Positions 39,820-52,280 are shown, counted from the first letter of the stretch. The stretch is DNA of 64,000 bases from Hemiscyllium ocellatum (GCF_020745735.1 NC_083420.1:36456001-36520000); one strand, 5' to 3'. The notes: generated from the letters alone by a model not told the origin. Numbers and translations: made by a program.

Positions 39820-40199
39820 TACTTGAGAATGTAACTTTTAAATGTTCTGAATTTACATATGAAAGAACTGAAAACCTGTTCATTCTAAAAGATGAGAGAC
39901 TTAACAAACAATCCAGGTCTTTTTCAATATATAATTTCAGTTATATCACACTAAACTTTTGCTATAAATTCTGTATTACGATCTTTTACTCCACAACCAC
40001 CACGCTGCACAAAGGAGCAGCGTTTTGAAAGCGAGTGCTTCCAAATAAACCTGTTGGACTATAACCTGGTGTTGTGTGATTTATTTTCCCGCCCTTAACT
40101 GTGCTCAGTATAGATGTTTGAATAGCACGATGAATCTCAGGAAGAGCAAGCAAAATGAGCTAGAAATACGGCTGTAGCTTACAAACAGGAATGATTTAT

Positions 40200-41010
40200 G
40201 CTGTCAGCTTTATTAGAAAGTGATCTGCAGCCGACGTGCGCCTGTCCACAGAGGGCAGTGAGTCGGAATTTTATCTCGAGTTCAGTATGAGGCGTGCCTT
40301 CGAGTTCCTGAAAAACCTGGAGGGCGCTTGAGGAAAGGAAATGTCTCCGAATTCCTTTTTGTCGCCTTAAGGCGTATTTTCGAATAAATATACAGCACTT
40401 CATGGCACGCTAAATCCCTCGAATAGGCAATCAATTATCCGTATATGCTCCTTTTTTAAAAAAAACAAAAAGCCTATAGTGGGACTAACTGGACAGCTTT
40501 CAGTTAGTACAGGCACGATCAGCCCAATCTTTCAGGATGTTTCCTCTAGACTTTTTTTTCCTCTCGCCTCACCTCTATCTCTGCCAGCACACTGTCTTTT
40601 CCTGCTCTCGTTTCCTTCCCCTCTCGGGCTGCGTTCTCTTTCTTGTGCAGTTTTCTCCCCCAATCAGTCCTTTATCCTCCCCACAACCCTCCCCCAGCTT
40701 GGTCATGCGGATTTCTCCTCTGACCACCCTCAGACGGAAATCCTTTCAGGGCTGCCTCCCAAGCACAAGCGCTGAGATATCGACAGCGCCGAGCCATCCT
40801 CCTGCCGCTCTGACCCTCGCTTCAAATAAATGCAGCTCCCAGACCGGCCACCGCTAGCTCCGCTCTCCCGGAACCTCGGCTTCTTGCGCTCCAGCCACGG
40901 GACAGCACCGGACCATGTTGGCCCGGGCGGTCTGGCAATTGCTGATGCTGCTTCTCACCAGCTCAGGTAACCCCAGCACTCACTCACTCCGGCACCGTTA
41001 TACAGCGGTT
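40200..41010 (+). promoter_or_regulatory. CpG-enriched promoter/first-exon region of the CUB-mucin-SEA-EGF gene
   Basis: Local CpG enrichment; AT-rich AAATAAA at ~40824; CTCF-like TGTCCACAGAGGGCAGTG 40243-40260. Confidence 0.55.
40915..40966 (+). CDS. CUB-mucin-SEA-EGF gene exon 1 (signal peptide)
   Basis: accATG; MLARAVWQLLMLLLTSS(G)|GTaacc; phase 1, hydrophobic core, in frame with the CUB exon. Confidence 0.8.
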
Positions 41011-41699
41011 GGGTTTGGAAAAAGGGAAATCTACTTTATATCGCATTAGTTTGCAATGTATTTATTGTATCAAATTTTATTCTGCTACATTGCAGTGTAT
41101 TGCAATTCATGCATTTTGTGTTTGTGGTGAAGGGGGGAGGGGGTTTGTATTAACCCTACAAATCATAGTACTTAGAAATTGCTGGTCCCCTGTGCTGTAT
41201 GAGGGAGGAGAGTTCTAACAGTAACCCTAACAGGGCTTTCTATCTAACACTGTCCACGTGTGTAACGGGGTTTTCTGCCTTGAGCTGTGTGTAATAGGAC
41301 AATTGCACAATCCTGTCTAAGGTCATCGCCAACCTGGTCAGATCTGATCTGGGATCGGTGATTCACCCTGATCCAACTTGTCCTATACCAGGCTGGATGA
41401 TGTCTGAGAGCCTCAGGGATACAATTGCCTTGGTGCATGACGGGGTTAAGGGGGGTGCAGCCTTGGACAGGATATAGCACATTTACCAGTGGGACTAATT
41501 GTCCACAATTGGCTTTGAGGAGGGAATCCGACTGCTCTACAGTAACACACATCCAGGATTTCTGATGACGGGTCACCAGACCCGAAAGTTAATTCTGATT
41601 TCTCTTTACAGATGCTGCCAGATCTGCTGAGCTTTTCCAGCAGCTCCTGTTTTTTGTTTCTTATTTATAGCACGCGCGGTTCTTTTGGTTTTTGGTTAC

Positions 41700-42480
41700 T
41701 CTACGCCAACATTGTTAGTGCAGTCTCAATCTATGGTTGGGAATCAGAAAGTCTCCTGATCACTCCTGAGTCAGGGAGGGCTGCCCACTCTCTCCTGCCT
41801 TGTTTTTGAGTTGTACAGAGCTTTTTGCTGAGTCCATCGGGAAGGATGCAAGCCTGAAAGGGATGATTATTCCGGGCAGCGGAGGCCTGTTGGTCAGAGC
41901 CTCCCTGTACGTGGATAATGTCGCTGCTTTCTGCTCGGATCTGCTGTCAGATCTGGCCTTGGGAGCCAAGGTAAATCAAAGCCATATTGTTTGGGAACTG
42001 AGCTGACTGAGCCTTTATCCCCTTCACCATCGGGGCAGATTACCTGGGAATATGGTTCAGAGGGACGGGGTATGACTTGGGAGGAGTGTATCACCAAGGC
42101 GAGAAGCGGCTGGGGAAGGGGAGCGGGGTGGAGACTGTCACACATCTCCTCCTGGAATGTGCCTTTGTTAAGGAAGTCTGGAGAGAGATGCAGTGGATTT
42201 TGTCAAGCAGCTCTGTAACACAGGATACTGTGCTGTACGATCTGATGCCCAAGATGCACACTGAGACAAACATTGACTGTGCTTGGAGAACCATCAACTT
42301 CGTGAAAAATGCTCTTTGGTCTGCCCGAAACTTGTTGGTCTTCCAGAACAGGAATTGAGCCTGACCAAATGTTGCAGACTGGCATGTTCTAAGGTATAGG
42401 ACTATGTGCTGTGAGATGCATTAACGTGTGGGGGCAGCTGCTGCCAAGGTTCAGTGGGGGAAGCCCACTGTCTGAGGTCT
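41700..42480 (+). mobile_element. L1/Tx1-type LINE fragment with internal deletions
   Basis: RT remnant (ASLYVDNV) and C-terminal zf-RVT-like ETVTHLLLECAFVKEVW...KNALWSARNLLVFQ. Confidence 0.8.
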
Positions 42481-43185
42481 TTTTGTTGAAGTTAAATGGC
42501 ACTTCAGTTATTGGACCTTCCCAGTGCCTCACATGCAGGTAAATGTAATCTGGTTCAAGTAAGAGATGTCTTTGGTTTGTGTGGATAGAGTCAAACTCCA
42601 ATATTTGTTTGTTTCCTTGATATGCTACCGTACAGAACGGAACTGTTTGTGACTGTGTCTGAAGAAGTGTGCATAACAGGGCCCTCAACCTGGAACTCTG
42701 TGCTCGCAGTGGGGCCTTCTGTCTAGCGGTGTGTATGTAATTGATTTCTATCTTGCACTGTATATTATTAACAGGCCTGACTGTCATGCACTGATTATGT
42801 CTACATAACAGGGTTAACTGTTGAGCACTGACTGTGTATGTGACAGGTCTGAATATTCCAGCTCTTTCTGTCCTGACACAGACTAAATTGTGGGTATGTT
42901 TATACAAGATAGAGCATCACTATGGGTGCTGGGGAAAAAATAAGCACTACTGCAGTTAGGCGGGAGTGCGGGGGAAAAAACAACAAGAGATTTACGTTAG
43001 AGCCCGGGTGTCTACAAAAAAAAGAAGAAAACAAGATAGAGCATGTATGTAAAAGGTGATAACAGGTCTCAGTGGAGTATTTCATAGGTGAGTAGGAGAA
43101 TTGTCTTTTATGTCCTGGGTTGATATATTTAACCTTTGAGCAATGACACTAAAACGGATCATTTGACCATTATCAAATTGTTCTT

Positions 43186-43580
43186 GATTTGGAGATGCCG
43201 GTATTGGACTGGGGTGTACAAAATTAAAAATCACAACACCAGGTTATAGTCTAACAGGTTTAATTGGAAGCACACTAGCTTTCAGAGCATCGCTCCTTCA
43301 TCAGGTGGTAGTGGAGGGCTCAATCCTAACACACAGAATTTATAGCAAAAATTCACAGTGTGATGTAACTGAAATTATACATTGAAATATTGATTGTCTG
43401 TTAAGCCTGTCATCTGTTAGAATATCATGACAGTTTCACTTATTTCATGTGTAAATCACAAAACCTTTTTTTTAAAAAAAAGTTGCATTCTCAGGTTATC
43501 TGTTAACAATGGTCGTGGCTAGACAATGTGTTGAAGGTGTTAGCCCCCTGTGTTCTCTGTCCATGCCATGATGTTAAGAT
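43186..43580 (-). mobile_element. Penelope pLTR fragment
   Basis: Reverse complement of the pLTR end seen at 24102-24217. Confidence 0.85.
43273..43307 (-). ncRNA. Minimal hammerhead ribozyme motif, intact core
   Basis: Minus strand CAC-CUGAUGA-A-GGAGC GAU GCUCU-GAAA-GC-UA-GUG. Confidence 0.7.
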
Positions 43581-43939
43581 TAATTTTCAAATTGTTCTTG
43601 TTTGAAATCTAGGAGTATGCAAATTGGCTGCCCCTTCACAACATGACTGCATTTCAAAGGCACTCCATTAGCCTGCCCTAATGTTGTGTAAGGTCTTATG
43701 GAAGTAACAGACTGAATTCTTTCTTTGTGCTCAGGGGTTAGGTGCTTTGTTTTGGGAGCCTCTGATCCTCTGAGACTAGGACTGTGGCTCAGTTGTAGAT
43801 GAAGTATAAAAGGGCAGATGGTGGCTGAATGGTAACATGGCAAGAACTGATGCCTATGGGAAGTGATAATAGGAGAAATTCGTAAATAAAGACATAAGAA
43901 CTTGTACCATTATAGCACTTTTAACATGGCTGAAGATAG

Positions 43940-44270
43940 TTGCACACTGGTGATATCACTGGACTGGTAATCTAGGGGCTCACGGTTCACACCTGACCAT
44001 GATTGAGTTTTGAATTCAATGAATAAAATTTGGAATTGAAAGCTAGTCAGTAAGTATAAAATTGCTATTGATGAGTGTCATAAAAATCCAGATGATTCAT
44101 TAATACTCTTTGGGGAAGGAAATCTGCTGTCTTTATCTATTTTGACCACATGAATGACTAACTCATCACTGCCTTGAAAATGACCCAACAAACCACTCAG
44201 TTCAAGGACAATCAGGGATGAACAACAAATGCTGGCCTTGCCAGTGACACAAACACACATTACATGAAGG
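43940..44270 (+). mobile_element. Old Deu-type SINE
   Basis: Similar to 11211-11565 (CACTGGACTGGTAATCTAG, GGGGAAGGAAATCTGCTG, AAATGCTGGCCTTGCCAGTGAC). Confidence 0.6.
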
Positions 44271-44661
44271 AATTAATTAACTTTGAAAGTGTAGCAGGCA
44301 TGTGACTGGAGCATTAGCAAACAAAACTGACATTGGATTAAATGGAGACATAATGGAATAGATTTCCAACAGCTTGGTCTAAGAAGTAGGATTTAACTTG
44401 TTGAGAAAAGGAAGAGAAAGAGGCCAAGAAGTTTGGGGAGGAGATTGTAGGGCTCAGGACCTTGATTGACCACCAGTGGTTAAACTCAAGGATGCTCAAG
44501 AGGAGAAATGCAAGTATCTCAGAGGCCTGTAGGGCTGGAGGAGGTTACAGTTACAGTGAGCTCCTCAAGGAGTTTTAACAAAGAGCCTGAATTTTATTGA
44601 TCAAGAATTCAAACTTGTCTGAACTAAGACAAGTTACTAATCAGGAGCCTATGTCCTACAG

Positions 44662-45042
44662 GATTTCTGCCCTCTTCAATGCAGCCAGATTGTGGTGGTG
44701 TTCTGCTGCCCACAGTCACCCATAATACCCTGCGGTATGCCCTGCTGATGACTAACTCTGTCAATGGAACCAAGTGCTCCTGGATTCTGCAAGCAGCCTC
44801 AACAGAGACTCTTGAGTTAGAGGTTATCTCCTACCAGACTGTGTCCTGGACAGATGCCAGCTGTACCTCGACATACCTGGCCATCATACTGGGACCAACA
44901 CAGAAGGAAAGGCGGTTCTGTGACCCATTCCAGAGTATTCCTGAAGTTGGCAGAAAGCTGGTGTTCCGAGGAAAAGGGACGGCTGTCGTTACCTTACAAA
45001 CAGCTTATGGCATGAAACAAGGATTTGCACTTCGATACTCGC
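44662..45042 (+). CDS. CUB-mucin-SEA-EGF gene exon 2: divergent CUB domain
   Basis: ctacAG|...DCGGVL...TKCSWIL...LEL...ASCTSTYLAI...RRFCD...VVTLQT...QGFALRYS|GTgagt; 381 nt, phase 1/1; four CUB-spaced Cys and the terminal GF.L.Y motif. Confidence 0.88.
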
Positions 45043-45284
45043 GTGAGTTATGATACATTATAAACCACGTTTAGAAATGTTTACAGCCTTCTGCATGAAA
45101 TAGAGGCTTGGTAGCTGAGTTAGCTGAAAGACTGATGTGTTATGTGGAGCGGTTCAATTCCTGGACCTACTGAAATCTCTGTGAAGGCCCCATTCTCTCA
45201 GCCTTGCCTATTGCCTGAGTGTGGTGACCCTCAGGTTAAGCTCACCATCAGATACCTCAGAGAGCAGCCTGTGTACTGAAGGAT

Positions 45285-45800
45285 TATAGAGTCATACAGC
45301 ATGGAAACAGACCCTTCAGTCCAACCAGTCCATGCCGACCATAATCCCAAATTATACTAGTCTCATGTTCCTGCTCTTGGCCTATATCCCTCCAAACTTT
45401 CTTATTCATGTACATATCTAAATGTCTTTTAAACATTGTAACTATACCTGTATCCACCATATCCTCTGAGTGTTCATTCCACATATAAATTACTCTCTGC
45501 AAAAAAAAGTTGCCCTTCATGTCCTTTTTAAAATCTTACTCCTCTCACCTTAAAAGTATGGCCCTTATCTTGAAATCCCCCACCTTAGGCAAAAGACACT
45601 TACCATTCACCTTATCTCTACCCCTCATGATTTTGTAAACCTCTATAAAGGTCACCCTTCAATCTCCTATGATCCAGTGAGAAAAGTACCAGCCTATCCA
45701 GCCTCTCCTTATAGCTCAAACACTCTATTCCCGGCAACATCCAGGTAAATCTCTTCTGAACCTTCTCCAATTTAATAGTATCCTTAATGCAACAAAGCTA
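45285..45800 (-). mobile_element. CR1 3' fragment
   Basis: Minus ORF MKGNFFLQRVIYMWNE...FKRHLD. Confidence 0.85.
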
Positions 45801-46513
45801 TGAAAAGGATGCAGTTTGTGATATGGACGATGATGCAGTGGTAACTTTCACCTCAGGCTGTTGAATTGTGTGTGCCTTTGTCAATCTGTATTAACTGTCT
45901 GTACCTCCCTCACTCTTAGGTGTGTCTCATGTAACCATATCTGTATCTTTGTGTGTCTGACTCACAGAAACAGAAAATTTCAGCATTGAATTAGGCTATT
46001 CGGCCCATTGCCTGCTTTGCTCGCTGAAACACCTTTATAAAACTAATCCCACTCTCCAGTGCTTGATCCAAACCTAGTCTTTTTTTTTAAACATTGCCAC
46101 TATTGACCACCTTCAGACCATAAACTGCACAATTCCATCCATAAGCCTCTCTGCATTGTTTCTCTTTCTCTTCTCAGGTGTTCCATAGAACCTGTCTCGT
46201 TGACAGAGGATTTTGTGGTCTGCTGGCTTACCTCCTTATGTGGCTTTGATGGTGCTGCTAGAGGAATGCTTTGAGATCCTTTAGGTGCTACGTGAATGCA
46301 GTTTGTGTATTTTTCTGTGTGTTGGCTCCCTTTTAAAGTGTTTGTCACTAACTGGTATAGGTATGGTTAGCATTCTATTTGTCAGTCAAATGTTCAACAT
46401 GGTATAAAGGATGAGGGAGCAATGCAGCTTGAGTGATATTAAAATGCCAATTATATCTCTGAATGCATGGCTCTGCTGATGGAATTCCAATCATTTCTTG
46501 TTTTCATTCTCAG

Positions 46514-49500
46514 TGCTTATACCAGACCCTAACCGGAGAGAAATTGACGCACGAGCCTTGGAGCTACGAACTGTGACTCCATTACCGTCAGCAGAGAATG
46601 AGCAGGATCTCAGTCAACGAGAAGGTGGGATGTACTCAACATCAACTGGACAAGGGCAGCTGATTATTTCACAATACCCCGGGACGTCGAATGTGCAAGA
46701 GAGACCGGGGTCTCCCTGGATTCATCAGGTTTCCTGGTATCCCAGACGTCCAAAGCTCCCAGGCATTCTATCAGGACAGAGACAGAGGACTCAAACCCAG
46801 TCACAGCCAAGAGAAATCCCAAAAAGAAGAAATTCCAAGTCAGATTCCAGAACCAAATTTCACCCCAAATCTCTGGGATGTCAAACCTCCCAGGAAAAAC
46901 CAAAAATTTCACCAAGTCTTGCAAGCCCTAAAGTTGCTGCTGTTTCAGAATCCAACACCAGGCCCCATCCTTACCTAACATCCATTATACAATTATTATC
47001 CTCTTACAATTCCAGTCCACGCTCACACATCCCCTCCAACCCCAGTGTATACACCTCACCCCCCTCCCCCTCCAGCTCCAGTGTGTACACCTCATCCCCC
47101 TCCCCCTCCCCCTCCAGCCCCAGTGTCTACACCTCATCCTCCTCCCCCTCCAGCCCCAGTGAGTACACCTCATCCCCGTCCCTCTCCAGCCCCATTGTCT
47201 ACACCTCACCCCCCTCCCCCTCCAGCCCCAGTGTGTACACCTCACCTCCCTCCCCCTCCCCCTCCAGCCCCAGTATGTACACCTCACCCCCCTCCCACTC
47301 CAGCCCCAGTGTGTACACCTCACCCCCCTCCCACTCCAGCCCCAGTGTGTACACTTCACCCCCCTCCCACTCCAGCCCCAGTGTGTACACCTCACCCCCC
47401 TCCCACTCCAGCCCCAGTGTCTACACCTCATCCTCCTCCCCCTCCAGCCCCAGTGTCTACACCTCACCCCCCTCCCCTTCCAGCCCCAGTGTGTACAACT
47501 CACCCCCCTCCTCCTCCAGCCCCAGTGTGTACACCTCACCCCACTCCCCCTCCAGCCCCAGTGTGTTCACTTCATCCCCCTCCCCCTCCAGCCCCAGTGT
47601 ATACACCTCACCCCCCTCCCCCTCCAGCCCCAGTGTATACACCTCATCCCCCTCCCATTCCAGCCTTGGTCCGATACCCCCTAGCCTTGGTCCAAGCGCT
47701 CCCTCCGGTCTCGGTCTGAGCGTCCCCGCACCCTCTGGTCTCAGTCCAACACCCTCTGACCTCAGTCTGGGAACGATCTCCCGCTCTGGCCTCAGGTGGA
47801 GTGCTCCCTCCCCCTCCAGCCTTGGTCCAAGCACTCGCTCCCCCTTCGGCCCAGGTTGGAGCTCCCCCTCCATTCCATATCGGAGCACCCCAACTCAGTC
47901 CATCCTTATTTCAAGCTCCCCCTCTCCATCCAGCCCTGCTCCACGCTCCCTTTCTACGACTTCATCCCTCACCTTCAGGTCAAACCTTACCTCAACCCTA
48001 CTACTCAGCCCTCACCTTCCGTTCTCTTCACTACCACCTGACAATATCTTTGAAAATTTATCAGGTCCGTCTTCAACATCTCCACAAGAAGACCAAGAAA
48101 ATGTAATGAGTCAAAGTAGACCGAGACTGAGCAGCCAGCCTGTCGTGGATTCATCAGAAGGAGTCTGGGGTTTATCCTCTGGCTCTTTCACAGAGTCCAA
48201 CTCAGGCCTGTGGCCACTGACCAGCACAGGGACTGTGGGCCCCACAAAGATCAACATGAGCCAAGAAGGTGTGGATACTACAAGCGATGCAAATACCAAT
48301 CTGGTCATTACTTCAGGGGGAGAACCAAATGTCTTGCCTAAAATTTCAGAAGAACTTTTAACAAGCATTTCACCAAGAACTGTTCAAAAATCAACAAACC
48401 AATCAGCAAGTAGGAGGACAGAACCTCCTGGAATGGAATCTGAAATGTCCTTGGTCCCAGTTAATGTTCCGGGTGATGAGGTTTTCCATCACCAAGGGAG
48501 GAGCAGGCAGCAAGACCATTCGTCCGAACGTGGACTTGCTCTTTCGGCAGGCTATGAGGTTGACCTAGTGACACAATCTGAGTTACAGGATGAAGTGGAG
48601 ATTCCAGTTACTTCGACTCCAGCCCATGAGTTTTCAACCCCACTGAGTGTTCTGCAGGGTGTGGTAGAGATGTCCCGGGGGAGTGGTTCTGTGAGTAGGG
48701 TGGAAAGATCCAGTACAGCAAGTGACACGGCACAGAGTGAGAGCCAGAGCCAAAACTCCGTTCCGAGTCTCCCTGCCAGCCCTGGAGAGCCTGTCACACC
48801 TCAGCCAGACCAGGACAGGAAACAGGAAAGTGAATCAGATCAACACTTGCTTTCCTTCTCTCAGCCCACTGACCTTCCTACATCAGAATTGCTCTCCACT
48901 CAAAATATAAACACACAATCTCTTGTAAATAACCTCAAAATAGATTCGGTGGCAGGGTCAGCGAATCCGTTAGAAAACACTCATTCAACATTGGATTTTA
49001 AAGGCTTTTCACCAGATTTTGATGGATCTTTTACCCAAACCTTTGGCCCAGTAGTGATTAAACCGACATCCCGTGCCTGGAACATGTTTGAAATTCCTGA
49101 ATTGATGACCCATTCTTCAAATCTTCCAGGACAGGAAGTTGCTAATGATGCTGAAACAGATACAGCAGCAGTGAACTCTGAGTCAGGGCCCACTGCACGT
49201 CTCCCTGAAATAGTTTCGGCAGTTAGCTCTCTGAGTGGTGCTGACACAACACAGAGAGCTCGCCCATTGTCGGCAGTAACGGGTGACAATGACCTTATGT
49301 CCACTAACAAATTCCCCAGATCCTTTTCATTCACTTCAGGTATAAGTCTCACAGCCATTTCTGATGTTGCAAGTGGAGGTGAAATAGTGTCAAGTGAAGT
49401 TACAGGGGGTGGTGGTGATGTTACAGGCTGGGAGTCTGAGACTCTGACTGTTAGAGACACCACCCTTAAGGATAATGGGAATGTGACACAATTCACCTTC

Positions 49501-51145
49501 ACCAAAGACAGGATGACTAAGGAATCAGCCAATCACAGCCAAAGGTTAGAGGTTACTCAGAGGGCTGAAGGCAGTACAGGATTCTGGGTAATTTCTGGCA
49601 TATCAATGGCCAAAAAGGACAGTGGCAGAGGGAATACTCTCCGTGACAGTGCTACTGAAATGATGGCTCACACAAAGCCTTCTGAAAAACCCCTTTGGTT
49701 TGAGAGAAGAACCATTTTACCACCAAATGTTGGAGGAGAAAATACAGGAAGATCTTCGACTGGACATAATGTTGTATCTAGAGACAAAGTCCCATTGTTC
49801 AACCTAAGAACACCTGCACCAGAGTCCATCACATCACAGACAGTAGCAAATGTAAGCTCACTATTTATTGGAGATGATCACAGTGCATCTCCATCTCGGG
49901 AGATCTTTCCAACCTTGTCACTCTCAGAGTTGCCAGAGCAACCTTCAACAAGCTTCGAGGAACCTCTACCCCTGACCAGTGTCAGAGAAACCATTGCGTC
50001 AACTTCAAGTAATACCACAGTGTCCAGGGGAAATACAATATCATTCCCATATAGCAAATTGGAGCCCCAAATGTCTGATGGTGAGAGGCTGAGAGAGACC
50101 TCAGCCACAGCAATGAACCAAACGTTCCAGGAGGGAACTGTACTGAACAAACCAGTGGTTACCTCAGGAACACCAACTTTGATCCAAGGATCCTGGAGTG
50201 AAATGCAGCTTGATTCCCGAGCCATGGCATCCCCTGCACTCCCAGGACTGACCTCCTCTGTTGTTACAGTGACAGACATTCCACAGCTTCTGCCATTTGT
50301 ATCCACCTTTGAGACAGCATCTCGACTATCATCTGACCAGACTGGCACAGGGCATTCGCAAATGCTCAGCAGCCCCTCGGAAACCTCTGGTGTCTCAGAT
50401 CTCAGGGAAACAACCTGGCAAAACATTGTGAATTTGAAGGTTACACCTCCTTCACCTCCAGCTTTTTCTTCTGCTGCTGAAGAGGAAGAAACTATTGCAA
50501 CTGGTGTGGGATCTCCCTCGTCTTGGGCCCTGCAGGTGAACCAGTCAGGATCGCAACCTGTTGATGGTTCTCTCGGGCCCAGTGTCACACGCGTTGACAC
50601 GAAGGACCTTCAACGTGATGCTGCTCAAACAGTCAAGCCTTGGGCAAATGAATGGTGGCAAAAAGAAATATTGTCAACATTTGCTACTGTGCACACTGTC
50701 ATAACTGAGCACTTTTGGACTTGGAATTGGTCTGATTTAGAGACGTCATCAATCAGTCATGGGGTAGCACCAACCTCAGGGTCTTCAGCGCCCCCTGAAG
50801 GAACCACACCACATCCAGCAGTTACAATGATACCCAGGTCTGTGACCACTTTCAAAGATCCCACTGCTGTAACACCTGGCAGTGACAATAGCTGGACATC
50901 AGGGATGGGTGGCCCCTCTCTATTTTCACCCACTCTCGGAACCGGAACATCAACGTCACCAGTGCCAACGTCTTGGCCACTGCACCTGCCCACCGACACA
51001 ACGCCACCAGAGAGAGCTGTACAAACTGCAACGCAGCAATATGTCCCGGCCACACTCGAGCTGTCGAATTCAGTCCTGTCGTTTACTCCAATGGAGAGAC
51101 ACAAAAGCATTTTCATTGTGGAAAATGAGCTGCCGATGATCAAAG
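46514..51145 (+). CDS. CUB-mucin-SEA-EGF gene exon 3: 4632-nt Pro/Thr/Ser-rich mucin exon
   Basis: Lies in the uninterrupted 1574-aa ORF. Acceptor ttttcattctcAG (alternative in-frame AG at 46525); donor AAAG|GTgaat; phase 1/1. Confidence 0.88.
47031..47664 (+). repeat. Coding minisatellite, 17 units of 36 bp (two of 42 bp), consensus peptide SPPSPSSPSVYT
   Basis: Unit TCACCCCCCTCCCCCTCCAGCCCCAGTGTGTACACC; units counted from the translation. Confidence 0.95.
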
Positions 51146-51994
51146 GTGAATTAACCATTCAGTTAGAATGGTCAGAGCTGCCCTCTGACCCCAGGTCAGA
51201 GTTTCTCTGCTTATTGTATTGAGTAGTAACATTGACAATCTGTGTATAGGGCAATCCAGTACAAGTCGTTCCCTGGGAGTTAGATGATTGGAGGCAACTG
51301 ATGGTTTCCTCAGTTACTTTCAATAGAATTGTCCAAAGTGATGGGGTCAAAAGTCAAAATTGGGTATTGTAAAGCCGTGGGAAGGTGATGTGATGATTGT
51401 GAGAGGTGATGGAAGGCAGGGATCTGGGGGAGGGGGCAGCCGAAGGTGGGAAGTCAGTGTGATAACATTGTCAGAATATGTTAATCCAGATTTGGCAACA
51501 CTATTCTGCGGATCATTAAAAGATATTCTCAACAGTGAAGCCATTTGCACAAACCTTTGGAAGTGTCATGGGACTGATAGTGGGAGGGATACAGTGCATG
51601 TAATATAATGTAATGCATGATAATGGAAGCTCACAGGAAGGCGCACAAAATTTCACACATCTTTTCTCTTTTGCTGACCCAGTTTATGTTTGACAACAAG
51701 AGACAGGATGGAAACTGAGACATGTGAACTACTTTTAGGAACTTTTCTGGACTCTGGGACATTGAAAGCAATGGACATCATTGAAATTCTGGACATGTAG
51801 TCACATAGACACTATTAGTGAAACAGCAATATCAATTGTAGAACCAGGGCTGTCTGGGAATAAAAAAAGAATGTTCATTCATGTAGTGCCTTTTGTCTCT
51901 GAAGATATCCACTTTGCGGCTAATGAAGTAATTCTGTTCTTTTTCACATCAGTGATATAGGATTTGAGAGGACCATTGAGCCATTAGCAAAGAA

Positions 51995-52280
51995 AAAAAA
52001 AACTGTGGATGCTGGAAACCAGAAACAAAAACTGAAATTGCTGGGAAAACTTAGCAGGTCTGGCCGCATCTGTGGAGAGAAAGCAGAGTTAATGTTTTAG
52101 GTCCAGTTAGCCTTCTTCAGAATTTTCTATTGGCTCAGAAAAGGTTGGTATATCGGTCAGTTCTGAAGTTTTGCAATGACTATGAAGAACAGTCTCTAGA
52201 CTCAAAACATTAACTGTGCTTGCTCTCCAATATGCTGCCAGACCAGCTGAGTTGTCCCAGCAATTAATGTTTGTGTTTCT
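51995..52280. mobile_element. Inverted pair of short PLE-derived elements with decayed hammerhead cores
   Basis: 52020-52123 is mirrored by 52180-52280; same family as 41560-41680 and 27250-27365. Confidence 0.65.

Larger units (their letters stand above)
35922..40082 (-). mobile_element. Penelope-like retroelement, 5'-truncated, with inverted pLTR (39010-40082, +)
   Basis: Minus-strand PLE RT (FTFDNQFFIQTHGTAMGTKFAPHYANIFM..RYTDDIFFLW) at 38630-39000; GIY-YIG (WYIGKTEQRLRQRMNGH) at ~36890-36950; pLTR 35922-36790 mirrored at 39010-40082. Confidence 0.92.

Noticed and set aside
47031-47664. RNA polymerase II CTD (POLR2A) or CRISPR array
   Set aside because: The period is 12 aa, not 7, and it sits in a signal-peptide protein; there are no unique spacers and the DNA is vertebrate.
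46985-47888. Alternative-frame ORFs (poly-Pro PHPPPPPAPVCT; antisense WGWRGRG and LGLEGEG repeats)
   Set aside because: By-products of a 36-bp stop-poor minisatellite; only the frame continuous with the 1574-aa ORF has matching splice phases.
48111-51158. Long antisense ORFs (183, 240, 133 aa)
   Set aside because: Shadow frames of the Ser/Thr-rich coding exon.
46498-51222. 1574-aa ORF as a single-exon gene
   Set aside because: It starts at TTG in a polypyrimidine tract with no signal peptide, and splice sites at 46514 and 51145 make it an internal exon.
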